This document shows, one piece after another, positions 39,077-53,300 of a stretch of 64,000 nt of DNA (within the stretch, counting starts at the first letter, position 1; each line of letters begins with the position of its first letter). The stretch lies in NCBI GenBank assembly GCA_002633005.1, contig NMRA01000079.1, forward strand, positions 852,558 to 916,557. Direction: 5' to 3'. The position numbers and the translations under genes were made by a program. The notes beneath the pieces were generated by a model. The model was not told the origin of the DNA, ran no database searches, and was given only the letters and a program-made list of their open reading frames with translations. Source of the stretch: Phoronis australis (taxonomy: Eukaryota; Animalia; Phoronida).

Positions 39077-42000
39077 GGGGCTATTCGGAAAATTTACATT
39101 AACTAGAGGGCGCGCGTGTACTAGTGGTCATACATGTACATGTAGAAAAGCAGCCTCAATTTCGCGAGCCCTTTAAATACATGCAGCCGTGCCAACTGAA
39201 TCTGAGATTGCGTGAAGGGTGCTTCTATGAGAAGAAGTAAGCACGCCCAAAGGTAAGGCTCGTGATTATTTTAACGATTATTCCATGTTTATTCTACTGA
39301 TGCCAGTTAACTGAGGTACTCGCCGATGTCGACTTCGCAGCAGTCGCCAGTCGGGTTAATCTTTGTTGTGATGTGTGTTACGATACTTTACGTGACACTC
39401 GGGATCTTTTTGTACATCAAAGCAGTACTATTGTTTGGAGTTATTTCTGACAGGTTGATCAGTGAAGTAAAATCAATCAATGCTGAATGTTTATGCTGTC
39501 AACTCTATATTGGTTAGTACAATCCAAGCCCAATGGCAAAGGGTACGTGACAAATATCCATTAAGCTATTTGTTTACTCCCTATCCTATGTCTTCCGGAA
39601 ATCTGTTACACGTTGAAATGGAATCCATCATGCCTGTTTTCACGTGACATTTGGTTTTTAGGTTTGAGGGCTTGTACCGTGCAGAGGAGATTTGCATCGC
39701 TTCTGCACCGTCCCTGAATGGACAAACATTGGTTTTAAGCAGTTGACTGCAGCTACAACCAGCAAGATCTTCTCATCCAGTGCAGATCTGTTGTCAAAGC
39801 CTACTTTCTATATTGGAGACAAAGCCTTTGAAAAGAAACAGCTATTTTTAAAGAAAGGTATGTAAGTTATTTAGTTAATTACTTATTCAGATCCTTAGAG
39901 GGGATTGGCATAGGGGGTTGGGGTTGTAATATTTGGTGCAACTGAATGTGTGGAAATAACAGGTAATACATGTTTGGGGGAAGAGCATGGTGAGGTCATT
40001 CTTAACCATCATGAAGTTCCTTCAACTTTATTTCATGAAACTGTTTTGCTATCAATTGTAAACCCATAAAAATATATTAAATTTTCTGAATTCTCAGTGA
40101 CTGAATAGTCTTAACTCATGCCCTGAACAGTGGCGGATTTAGAGGGGGGCCAAGGGGGCCATGGCGGCCCCTAAAATTCTCCCAGATTCCATTTGGCAGT
40201 ACGGGGGTACGAATGTCTGACGGACAAAATCTCGGCTATTACTCTGACCTGCCTCCCCAACTCAAAATCCTCGATTCGCCCCTGCTGGAATGTTGCAAGT
40301 CGTTTATAAATTCAAATGACTGCCATTTTTTGTGAAAATTGCATTTTTGATGGTGCCTTACGATTTGTAATTACTCCTAAACAACAGAAAGATTCAAGAT
40401 TATCCACCATTTTCAAATGACCCAAGTCTCCATATCTTCTATTAGAAGAAAAATAAAAAAGTCTGAGATACGGTTCACTTGAAGCCTTAGACTAGAAGTA
40501 TACTTGACAGATTTATGATTTTGTAAGTGGAGTTTAAATTTGCTGAAAGTATCAAAAAGAGCAAGGCTTGAAAACGGGTAACAAAGGTTTGAAATTGTCT
40601 CAAAAACGTGCATAATTTGCAGACAAGTGATGCGTTTAAAGAATTATGGCTACGAATGAAAAATAAAGACGCAGTTTTATGCAATACTTATTATAAACAC
40701 CCTTGGTTTCTGAGAATAGTAATCATTTAATTTTATGTGAAATTGTAGAGCAGTCACTATTTCATATTTTTGAAAAACAGGGTTAGCATTTTTGACCCAA
40801 CCTGGAGTACTTAATTATTCATATTTCAATATTCGTTCCAGGTTCAGTAATATTTTAAGTCCACTTCAAGCCGCAACATAGACAAGCTTTGTTACTCCGT
40901 TCTCTTCCCACAGTACTTCCACACACCAGCAGTGCTGCATGGCACAATGTAGAAGTCAGTGGCCCTGGAGAAATGTGAATTGCAGTCCTAAGTTACCATC
41001 AGACAATGTGTCAGTGGACTGTTTGTGTATGAAGAGGAACTTTATCTGACTGCTACACAAGTCAGCCTCGTTGGTGAGGATGCCCTTTCATATGCAATGA
41101 GTCATGTGTGGACGATCCTTTCTTGGAAGAAATATGAGGGACTGAAGCTAAAGAAGACGTAGTGACATTCTGGTCTAGTTCAGGGTCAGATTTTGGCAAC
41201 AAAACGAGTCAAGTGATATGCTGTTGTATGTACCTTCAAGGATCTAATTGTGGATGTTATTGAGGCTGAATGAGGTTGCATGAAATCCATGTGCCGAAAC
41301 TGGACCTTTTTTTACAAGCGCTTCTATAGTCCATTGAAACTGGATCCCAGATAAATGAAGACCACATGCATCTGGTATAAATACCCGTGCTTTCTCACTG
41401 AGTGACAATAACTTTTCCTTTCAGAAGAAAGGCTTTATACTAATGGTAAAACATTTTTAACTTGCCACAAATTAAGAGGAAATGACATTCAGTGACTGCA
41501 TCGATTGTCTTATCGTCAGTTGTAGAAAGCCCGTTAAGCACTTTTATGATCGAATAAATTTTTCATCAACAGGCACGTTTGTCACTAATTGTTAAAACCA
41601 CAACATTTCTTCAGTTTTAAAGCCCCATGCAGTACAGTTGTGCTTATTCTTTATAAAGCTGAAATGATTACCGAATACGCTTGCGAATTGTCATTTTTCT
41701 GCTGACCTATGGAAATGTGCAGCGATCAAAATGAAGTATTCTATTTGTTTGAACGAGATTCTTAAGAAGCCCTTTGAACAATTTTAAGTTTTGTGTTAAC
41801 TTGTCTATAAGCAAAAGTTCCACGTGCAAGAAAAGTATGTTTTCAATTGTAGCTAGCTGGATAAGAATCTGTTATGCACAATAATCGAGAATAAAAAAAT
41901 ATCAGTGTATTTAAAAACAAAATGTCAAACTGAAAACCACATACAACAAAGAACAACATTGCTAAAAACAATTGTAATGTTTTCCAATGCAAGGGAGTCC

Positions 42001-43044
42001 ATAATCAGGCATATTAAGCGCTGCATTTCTGAATTAGGTTCAATTTTCTCAGGTTATTGCTGAAGGATTGCTTTTCACTTGATCTAAAGGTAAAATAGAC
42101 GGTCAAGCGGCTGGTTTCAGTCGTTTTCTCTCACCTGTAACAGAATAGTCAGAGAAATAATTAAAAATAATAAAAGAAGACACAAGAAAAAAACTACTTT
42201 TGTAAGGCAGAACATACTTGACGTTTCATCTTCACGTTTGTATGTAGAAACTAATAATCTTTGTACGCAAATCATATTTAAAGATCAAAATTAAAATATT
42301 TGAAACAGGCTAAAAGTGATTTAACGATGTGTATTTTTCACGACACCTAAAATGTGCTTCTTATCTCAACAAGTAAAATTCGTTCCAATGTAATTTTACG
42401 AAATTAATTGAACAGCTTATTCATGTTAATTCCGCAAATAATGTGGTAGTAGCCCTGGGGGTGGGGGCCGCTATAAAATAAGAAGACTTACTCATCTAGA
42501 GAACTTTATTGGACATAGCAAACCTTTGAAGAGAACCTGCTGTGAAAAAGACACCCTTGACTTCTGAGTGTCACGTAGCATACACCTCTTATGTTTGGCG
42601 CATTCCCACCCAGGACAATATGTGAATATGTGCTGCTAGCCTACCCGGCATCCGAGTCCCGGGTGGGTTTCCGAAAAGAAACACTTAGTTCCACTCATAA
42701 ATTATTCAGTGGGATCACTGCAGGTGGAGATAACGTCGATGTCGATAGAAACTGGTTGCTAAAAACTTACCGAGTAACGTTACAGTATGTAGTCTCCTAA
42801 TGGAAGCAAATAGCACACACAGGACTTCGGCATCCACACATTTTTTGTCAGTTGGTTGACCCTTTTGATCGCAATTCTCCACGAATGTAGTAACCTTAGG
42901 TCTTTTGGAAATTTGTGACCACCTGTCGAAGACTTGTACATGGGAAAATAGCAATACGACGTTTTTTGGTAACATTTCCGTCTTTTTTGCCAGCTGTTTA
43001 CATGCAGACAGCGACGCATGCGCAATTCAATCACCACTAGTACA
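39077..43044 (-). mobile_element. Decayed ISL2EU-like DNA transposon, second copy, inverted
   Basis: AT|GGGGCTATTCG terminus; subterminal inverted repeat tgtactagtggt(c/g)a at ~39117 and ~43031-43044. THAP-like ORF 42780-43037(-) SYCYFPMYKSSTGGHKFPKDLRLLHSWRIAIKR; YqaJ remnant ~40840-41335(+). Confidence 0.7.
40128..40284. mobile_element. Short MITE nested in the ISL2EU-like copy 2
   Basis: CAGTGGCGGATTTAG...GATTCGCCCCTG; absent at the matching position (~3610) of copy 1; reverse-complement homolog at 62871-63028. Confidence 0.75.
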
Positions 43045-43344
43045 GCAGCGACACCGCGACCGCCCTATGGGTTTATGACCCGTGAACGCCAACAAAAGAT
43101 TACAAGAACGCTTTAACATTAAAAATTTGTTACCTTATCCTGGAAACTCCTTCCCTCTGAAGTTGAAAATGTACGGGGTACATTTGACTATACCACGAGA
43201 CTACTCGTGTTAAAAAACAATGGAAAGCACACAGGGACACATCTATAAATTCGACCTGGCACATATGATAGAATTTAATTCAAACAATGCGAGAAAGAAA
43301 GTGTTACAAAGACCACGCAAACTCATGAAATATGACGTCGCTTT

Positions 43345-43486
43345 CGTAAAATGTAACACTGGTACATTTCTTGCATGTACATGTACATTCGACGTAAATT
43401 GTAACAATTGCATCTATTGTAACAACTTATTGCATTTTAGGAGAGGACTATTAACGTAAAATGTAACAATGACGTAAAATGTAACA
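43345..43486. repeat. Four spaced copies of CGTAAA(A/T)TGTAACA
   Basis: At ~43345, 43393, 43455, 43472; pattern resembles subterminal repeats of DNA transposons. Confidence 0.6.
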
Positions 43487-43973
43487 GTTATTACAGATTG
43501 TTTTTACATTCTTCCTTAGTTTTAACTTTCAAGAATAGCTGATTACCGTAGATTATGTTACGGCAGGGTCAAATGTTCTGGAAAAATATCTTACCTCCTG
43601 GGGCTGAAAGAATTCCGGTCGCAACCGCACACCCTGTCTAAATCTGACAGAATGAGTTCTGATTGAGGCTTTGAATAAAACGGTATTTTGCGATAAACAC
43701 TAATATTCAATTGAATGTGTAGCTATCTCCTGTAGGCAATTCCCATATACTACCTGCGAAAGCACGGGTAACGGCCAACCGAGCCGTTAGTTTTCGACAG
43801 ACTGTGACCTGTGCCGATCCGTTTCAAGCGGTAGTTACTTGACCCTGACATACATGTATATCGTCTATATGGGCTTGAGCTTTTTGCTGCGTTTTTATTA
43901 GTGACCTCCACACTGTTAACTAGAACATAATTCATAGCATTTACCTAATTTGTGAAATCCATAACTCGAAAGC

Positions 43974-44116
43974 ATGAGCGACATAACTGAATACAACAAC
44001 CGATTCAAGCAACCAGCTTTGGATTCTCCACTGACCAAGTTGCGATTTTGCAACAAAATTGTCATTGTGGCAGGTGGAGCTTCTGGTATTGGCCGAGCAA
44101 CTGTCGAGAGGTTCTG
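43974..44116 (+). CDS. SDR C exon 1
   Basis: MSDITEYNNRFKQPALDSPLTKLRFCNKIVIVAGGASGIGRATVERF; TG|gtaac. Confidence 0.88.
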
Positions 44117-44302
44117 GTAACGGCGCGATGCCAGATGATGAATACCCATACACTTTTTCCACAGAATGTTGCACGAGTACCAATTAAGCATGGCCTTTTC
44201 ACAACGTGTTAAATGCAGTTGGTGCAAGCTGTTACGTAAAGACAACTACATTTACAGTTACTGGACTAGAAGAGAATTGAGAAGTTGTTTCATATATATA
44301 TA

Positions 44303-44367
<65 letters not shown>

Positions 44368-47300
44368 GAACCTTAAGGTTGTGGTTGCTGCTCTAGCAAG
44401 AATATGTGAAACAGGTTGAATGCTAGTTTGACGACAAAAATTAGCGCGGAAATAAGAATTTACAAACATGTCGGAGCAGTTGAATCTTCGTGAAACAAAA
44501 TTCGGCCGACGTTTTCTGAGTTCAAAAACTTATGTTTTCAATAATTGCAATGATCAACAAAACAAAACAAAACAAAATTATGCATTGGAAGGATTTCCGT
44601 AGTCTGTTCTTATTAGCAAAATTATACATACAGCACACATCACGAATTTTTGGCCGACCGGTCGGAAATTGGTCGACGACCGGCCGTCGACCGGTCGTCT
44701 AGCCGACCAGCAGCCGACCAACAACGGTCGGCTAGGAGCCGTCTGCAGAGTCGCCTCTGTGGTCGGCACTTGGGTCGGCTAAATGGTCGCCTAGCGTAGA
44801 CGACCAATTCGGATTAAGCGTGTCCTTGGTCGGCAATTACCATTTTATGACTTAGCGGGTGACCTTTGGCCAAACAAACATTGAACAGTTCGCTGTTCGT
44901 TCAGCAGCGGCAACTCCGGTCTTGACATCGGTTTATCAACTTATGTTCAACTATTGAAAGGGGTTAAANGAGCAGAACAGAGGGTTTTTGTTTTACAATT
45001 CAGCAGGTAAGGCAGCTTTGAAGGTCACACATTCCAAAATTAACATTGCTAACAAAGCTATTAATCAGCGCCAGAATATAGGGTACCCTGGCTGCAGTCT
45101 GGAATTGGAATGCATTTCTCAATTATACATGTAGGTTCTACCAGTCCTAGCGTACAAGTGTGAGTTCAGATAAATACTTACAGTAGTGTTCCCTTTAAAT
45201 GTCTAGCTAGTGCAGTCCTTGAAAATAAACATGTAGGGTTAGACAAAAAGCGTAAAGAATAAACAAGGACAAATGTGATGAAACGAAGTATTGTAGAATT
45301 GATCGTAATAGTTGCTTTCTTTTGAACAACAATAACGCAGGGTATAGGGGTTAAGGGGCCATTGCCCCCTAAAATTCTTCCGCATTCCAATTGTCTGACT
45401 GGTAAAAACCTGGCTAATACACTGCCCTGCCTCCCCCACTAACTCAAAATATCGGACCCACCCCTGTATATTTCACACGGCAAAACATTTTGAGCGTCTG
45501 TTAATCGAGCCCTTACTGCTTAAGTCCATTTATTGTGGGCAAACCAGGTATGAAATTTGGAGATCCCCAGTGGACTTGTTTGCAGAAGAAAACCCGATTC
45601 CAACAGGAATTAAGTCTTCCGGCATAGATTGCAGATGCTGCGTTTCGGACTACTCTTGTTTCTAAGTGGGACCTATTTCCAGAAGTATTCAAGAGTCAGT
45701 TCCACAGACCCCTAGTTGTCTTATATATAGACGACACTTTAATTCTGACAGGAATTAAGACTAATGGGATGGGTTACAGTTGCTGCTTTTCGATACGTGG
45801 GAACTTTTCTCATTTTTAACGACATCTATTTCCAGCAGTATTCCTGAGTCGCCTAAGCCAAATAGTGGCAATTAAGGCAAGGGACTAAACACAAATTCTG
45901 TTTTTACCTTACGCACTTCGATCATTTCAGCAATGACGGCACATATGTTGCCATATTCGATATAAATACACTTTGGGGTAAGCACTTGGAAGAAGAACTC
46001 TTGTCGCAGGGAAAGAAAGCGAAATTCTATACCTTTGATGTCACCGATGAGGATCGTTGCCTTGAGAGCGTTCGAGCTTTTGCAGACGACAACTGTGATG
46101 GCGTTGTGAACTTCCTCGTTAATTTCTGCGCCTACTTTGGCGGAACAGGCGTGTGTAAGTAATTGAAACCAGTGTGACTGCCTTCGTGAGGAAGAATAAC
46201 ATTGCAGATGGCCATGCTCACCTTCGGCTTTCCCAACCCAAAACTATAAGCCTTTTCAACCCTCATGTGTACATGTATCTTTAGGTTAAGCCGCAGCTGA
46301 GCTTTTACGTTTTGGAGATCATTTATTGGGTTCTGTTCATGTACACTGTACAGTGTACTATTCAGTTTGTCGAGAAGACCATGCAGATAGTATTTTGAGT
46401 TTTTCTAGGGAATTTTAGAAAGACCTCGTAGCACTTCGAATTACAGACACATATTCTGGTCACGTGGTATACACAGATCTTTTCGGATGTATAAAATGTG
46501 ATAAGTGACATTTTCACTAATCAAACCACGCTCTGTCTACGTTTTATTTGATCTGAAATCAGTACGCCAATGGGGTACCTTCTGTGTTTCGATTAGACAA
46601 GGGCGCTGCTACGAAATCAGAAATTAGCTGGAGTTTTCGCAGGGGAGGCTGTGACCGGTATCCCCCCAAACAACTGGGAAAATCGAGTATTTTTTGCATG
46701 CCAACAATCGTGCGGCCGCCAGCTTAACGGCCAGCATCGTCACTTTAAGCCTGTGATTTAGGAATACATTTTACTGTATGCACATTGTCTTTGTGAATAC
46801 AGCAACAACTAGAGTCCTTAACTGTTAGAATACATCGTATGCTGGTGATTGATTCACCCTTTCCACAATTGTAATTTACTGAGACATTTGGGTAGTTATT
46901 CTCGACGTTCCTGTTTTTGCATTGACTTCGAAGGGTGGCGATTGATTTTCACAGACATCATTACGCCGTACTATTGCTTGACAAACAAACACGAATAACA
47001 TGCTGGATTCATTAATATGTAAGTTAAAACGATCAGTCCGTTTTCAAAGTTTTTAAAATTTACATATGACATGTGATAAGTATTTGTCCTTTTATTTTGA
47101 GGATGTATGCTAAGCTCACTGACCGTACACGTAGCATAGCCGCGATGCTGAAGAATATTAATTTCCTAATTTCGTTCATAATGCATCAATTTTTACTTTT
47201 TAATTTAAAAAAAGTCATGTTTGTCGTTTTGCCTTTTTAAGTTTGAAACTCGTACGCTAAACAGGCGCGTCGGTTTACGAACGCAGTTACCTCATCCAGC

Positions 47301-50300
47301 ACGTTCACACAAGCTCATGAATAGAGACTACATGTACGTGTAGTTCACTTCAATCCTTGACAGTGCCATCTGGAGTAAACGGTCCCACGCGTTCTCGTCC
47401 AAATGTGTGCAAATCTTTTTAGCGTAAGATTTGCCTGATGAGAACACAATGACGTAATGACTGAATTCATAATTTTAGTTTAGTTGCACTTAATGCGTTC
47501 TTTTTCTATCTATAATTGGTTAAAAGAAAAAAAAATACTTACGAATAAGTCTTCCAAATTTGTGTTCACCCACCTGCAGACAGACCCTCCGAGATATTAA
47601 ACGCAGTTTCTTCAGTGTGACTCATCCCTACAACATCATTGCGGATGAATGATTAAATGAAATTCCCGTTAAATTGATCAAACCATAATTTCAAACTAAA
47701 ACATTTTTCTACAACACAACGTCGACCTGGTCAATTGTGAAGCGTTGCAGATGATTTGTTGTAGGTAAAGCAAACGTAAGTAAAATCACGAAGCAATATT
47801 CAATACACCTACATGTATAGTACCGATGTAGTTGGATTGCAGTTCTCGCAATTAAGCAATGGCAATGTTATTTGTCGCTAAAGACGTACAGGAAGACACA
47901 ATCCATTCAATTGCAATCCACTTCACAGAAATATGAATCCCAAGAATGTTCACACGTCTTATGATTAAAATTTCAGCGTTTACCGAGACAAGCCGCGACA
48001 CCTTGCGGAAATCATTGGACGTCAACGTTGTTGGAGCGTCCAATATGGCGAAAGCATGCTTTCCATTTATGAAGAAAAGTCAGTAGGTCACAACAGCTTT
48101 ACATCCTGATTCTTTTTTTCTAGAGGAAAACGACGGAAATGAATTTTGATGAAGACACTTTTGTCTTACATGACAACAGAGCTAATTGAAGCCAAACGGA
48201 CACTTACGTTTCTGCGCGTGATCATCACGAGCCGTCAATTTCAACTTAAAATTTAGTGACAAGTTTAAATGCCGTGCTTGTCAACGGTAAGCACAAGACC
48301 TAAGTTTATAGCAGTATTTCTAAACAAAACCAAGTGTGTCAACTTTTGCCTTCAGATGAGCTGTCCATTAAAACTCGGGCTGGGGACTGCCGTCGCGATC
48401 GCGCCCAATGTCCACGTCTTCAAACAGAAATACTGGGACTTTGTACTCAGGAATATTTTACTCTATTTGATCTTATTTATTCATATTAATATTCATTTCA
48501 TATTAACTAATTTTTATACTATTTGTATTGAATAATATTTTCAATCTAATTATGCATAGCTCTTTGTATTTTATTTCATGTAATTATATCCAGCTGGTTC
48601 CACTTGAATATCAGTGTATTCAGTGAAGTCGTCTACTAGTCTTTTAAAGAAGTTTAAATAAATAATGTATATAACTTAACCTGTAACAAGTGTAATTGTG
48701 CGAGTTTATGTAGGCGATGCCTGCCAGACATTTACGTCATGGTCGGTGAATTTACCAGTTAAAAACTTGTGAAAGAATCTGCCCTTTATCGAGTGAGGGG
48801 CTCCGCCATATGAGGTTAAAATGAGATGAAATATTATCGTAATGTTCAACAAAATTCAGTGACACTGTACTCAATTAAACAGAAGAAGAAATCCAATTAT
48901 TTCCTCCACTAAATAAAATCAAATTGTAAATATCACAGAGTATACATGTATATGAGTATTTAAATGCACCGTGATATACTGAGGTATTTTAGTGATAGTA
49001 TAATTGTTTTGAAGTAAACCGACTTCAGTAGCGTTGCATCCGGCTGTTGGTCAGCGCATTTAACGTCCCAGCAAGGCCAAAGAATAGCCACATGTATGTA
49101 TACAGTATGTAACCAGAAGACACCATGTATGTAACCTAGCCACACTGCGTAGTGTTTTTGTAATGTAATTTCTCTTATAATTAAATACGTATAGAATTTC
49201 ACTAATCTTAGACATCAATACCGTCTAATAATGTACACGTCTATCCCCACGATATCTCACGATTAGTTGTGCCTTTCCGCGAGGTTCTTGTGTCTACAGA
49301 ACGCAGCGCTGGTTATATACAGTGGCGGATCTAGAATATCATAAGGGGGGCCAACATTTTGTCTGGGGCAAATCAGCAAAGCGACTGGATGCGCGCACGC
49401 AGCCTCAAAAAAAGATAGGGGGACTCGAGGGTCTAAAGCAAACGGAGGAATAGAAAAAGAAAACGGTTGCGCAGGTCGTCGGGGCCTCGGGGAGGGACAC
49501 TTAAAGTGGAGTGTTAGCCCCCCCCCCCTCAGCCGCCTGTTAATAATTGTTGAACTCAATGTTTCCTGACGCTCTTGCTGTTTTATTTTTTGCGGCAGTG
49601 AGGGGGGAGCGCCCGGGCTACTTGGGCTCCCCTTAGTCCGCCTATGATGTAGCACGAGGCAGGTCAGAATAGGTGGGACCTTGGCAGTCTACCTCAATTG
49701 ACTTACTCATAGCTCTGAGCTGGCAGCTCACACCAACTGAAAACCTGAAAATAAATGTACGACTTGGATGAGCTAGGTTGACCGTTCTAAAGGTACATGT
49801 AGGTCATGTTTCAGTTGAGACGGACATCTCGCCTGTCATACGTGTACGTCTACGCTAACCCTAAGAACAAAAATCATCAGTGTCAGAAAGCTTAATTTAA
49901 GGTCATGCTTTAAACATGCGTTTTAAACGGGCGAGGTGGTTGTAAACTCCCGTTAAACGGATACCAAATTCAGCTTGGCCTGTTCACATAAATGGGCAGC
50001 GCAGCAATGAAAATTGAGTGGGGCTAAAGCCCCTAGCCCTCCTGTGGTGCACCGCCTATAGACCACGGGCGGCGCAGCACTGAAAAAAATGGGGCTATAG
50101 CCCCCCAGCCTCCTACATGTACATGTATGTCGCGCTGCCCATGACATATATTAAAAACAACTTTCCCACGTCATGCTCTCTAAGCTATAAAAATTGCCCA
50201 CAAGAATTTTTACATACTTCAGTTCTCATGAACAATACTGATATTTCCAGAATGTATCCAGTTTTACAAAAAAGTCCAGTGCAATACAACCATATAATAA

Positions 50301-53300
50301 TATTTTCAGTATCCACTTCCCGTGCGACTTCATCAGTGACCTCTGACACGGAATGTTCAAAAGGTACATGTAGGTCAAAGTCGACTCGACGTCGTTAGCC
50401 GGTTCGATCATCAAAATTTCCGAATATAATTTAAAGTAAAGCAGTTGCAGCAGTATAAATAACACACGGCCTGCACTCAGGCCCCAAACGTAACATCTGG
50501 TACAAAATTGTTAATTATATGACACTTTTGTCTCAGTTTTCAATTGCTAGATATTATATCGTCTGCAACTCAGGTGTCGATTCCTCGTTAACTACGATTG
50601 AAAATATTGTTGTTATACATGTATAACTATTTCCAGGAGATGTTACATGTTCAATGCACAGTAACCGATGTATTCATCTTTGTGAACTCTTTTCAAGTAG
50701 CAAATCTTTACATTTAAACTTGTTTCTTTTACTATAGGAAACTTGCAACCGAAACAAGCAAGTACATGTAGATACATATAGCCTGAGTGTATTTAAAAAA
50801 TCTGCCGCAAAACTGAAAGTAACTTAGGAATTCAAAGCGCATGGGGTAAATACAAAACGTACCTCGATTTGCGTACTCTCGGTACGTTTTGTGTATTTAT
50901 TAAAACAGTGCCAAAAAGATAAGACTGGGTTTTTCTTTTGATCTGAAGTCAGTACTCCACTGGGGTACCATCGGCGATTTTTCTTACTAAGGGCGCTACT
51001 ACCAAATCCAAATTTCGTCGGAGTTCTCGTAGGGCGACCGTGGCTGGTAACCACAACCAATAAACTCGATTCTGTTCCTAATTGTTTGAATAAAGCTGAA
51101 AATTACTTTTAGTTTCTGAGGCAGAGCAGTTATTGTATGGAGGGAAGTATTTGACTAATTGCTAATTGATATGGAATGAATTCTGTTATATTGATTGGGA
51201 AAATCGAGTATTTTTGTGCATATCAACAACCGGACGGCCACCAGAGCAACGGTCAGCATCGTCCCTTTAAGCTTGTTTTCAGACTACGTGCCCTGACCTT
51301 GTGAGTCTAAGAACTTGAGTCGTGAACTGGCAGAACATATTGTACGGTGGTGCTTGATTCACCCTTTCCACGTAGTTAGTCACCTTTGGGTACTTTATTC
51401 TCCACGTTCCTGTTTTTGCTTTGGTTTTGAAGGGATTGCCCATCCGCCACCAACATCATGACGTCGTACTATTGCTAGTCGACCATTCAGTTTTCAGGTT
51501 TTTTAAATTGACATGATGTGTGATAAGCCAGATTGTGACTAACCTGTCCTATCCCATGCTCGTGGCTTAGCCGCGGTGTTGAAGAAAAACTATACGCTAA
51601 TTTCTCTCATAATGGATCGATTTCAGAAATTCAAAGATGGCTTACTTACTTTTCATGTCGGTCGTTTGCCTCAATCGTTGTTCGCGTTTTTTACTTAAAA
51701 CTCGTACGCTAAACAGGCGTGTTGGTTTACGACCGCAATTAACTCATCCAGCACGTTCCGCCAAGCCTGTGAATAGCGACAATCTCACTTCAACCGTGAC
51801 AGGGCAATCACGTGATGTGCCGAATACTTTTCCTTGGATATTTTGGGGTGAACTGTCCCGCGCTTTTTCGCTCACTTGTGTGCAGATCTTGTTAGCGTAA
51901 GACGATAATTTAATGACGTAATAACTAGATTTATAATTTTGGTACAGTTGCACTTATTTTGTATCTTGGTTTTTTCCCGTCTATATTTGGTCAAAAGGAA
52001 AAAAAGCTTATTACCAGTCTGTCTTCAGCTCCTGACAGACAGACCCTACATGTACGAGACTTTAACCATGGTTTCTTCAATGACTCTTCCAAACACCATT
52101 ATTTTGGATTCCGGATGATTAGTTAAATAAAATACACGTGTAAGGGAAAGCTTACGAATCATGAACCATAAAATCCATCCAATCTTTCACAGAGACAGCA
52201 CGTTTGTAGGTCTAATAACTATGTGTTTTTAGTTGAATCATTCTTTTAATACCCAGTGAGTCGACAGTGGTGCATTAGCAGGTGACTGGATGAGGATTGG
52301 TTAAAATAACTAAAACACGATATACTGTTTCTTTAAATCACGGATAGCCCAGTTTCTAGTAGTTGGGTACAAATGATAGACAGAGTGACCGAAAAATTTA
52401 CCGACTCACTTTTCAGCGCAAACACTGGAGTTCAAATTCTGTTCCGTGCATCAGATTTTGCTCCTGGGCCTAGCGTACATGTACAAAACTGTATGAATAC
52501 ACCTTGTTTTGAAACTGTGTGCGTAAGTCATTACGTGCTCTGTATGCAGGAGGATGGTAAAAAATTGTCCACTTGAACTTGAGAATCCAGTGAAATAATA
52601 CGCTGTGTAAAAACCTTGCTGTCCAAAGTTTCTCAAACTTTTCGAAATACATGTCCATGTACACGTATGAGGGGACTACACCTGTAAGTGCGTGTTTACA
52701 AGTGATCATAGAAGATCTACATTGCAAAAAGTGGTTCGCCTAACGATTAATTTGATACCCATTATCCTTAAAGTGTAAATCAAACACTCGTGTTCTCTTA
52801 AACTTCTCTCTGCTCTATGTTTTGCTGGATTTCTTTTCTCGACTACTCTGGCCACGCACCTCTTCCAGTTTACTCGGTTTAACCGAGACACCTGCAAATT
52901 ATTGGGGTGGGGGTGCCCACCGGCTCCGCTAGATACATCGAGATAAGCGAATTTTAGGCAAAATTACTGAAATTGTCAATCAATAATCTTCGTTGTTTTG
53001 CAGCTGGGCCCGACGCCTGTATTGTGAACATCTCAAGCTTTGTCGGGCATACCGCTCTACCAGCCATGTCTTCATACAGCGCGACAAAGGCAGCCATCAG
53101 TATGCTCACAAAATCTATGGCGCTTGATCTGTCATCAGAAGGAATGCGAGTGAACGCTGTCAGCCCGGGTTTCGTCTGGACGCCAATACTGGTAAGCTGT
53201 AATATTTTTAATGCTGCAAGTTCTTCTTTCGCGTGTCTGCGTGAGAGCTCAGCTATCTTGAACATGTCTAAAATTGTTAATGTGACGCTATAACCGGTGA

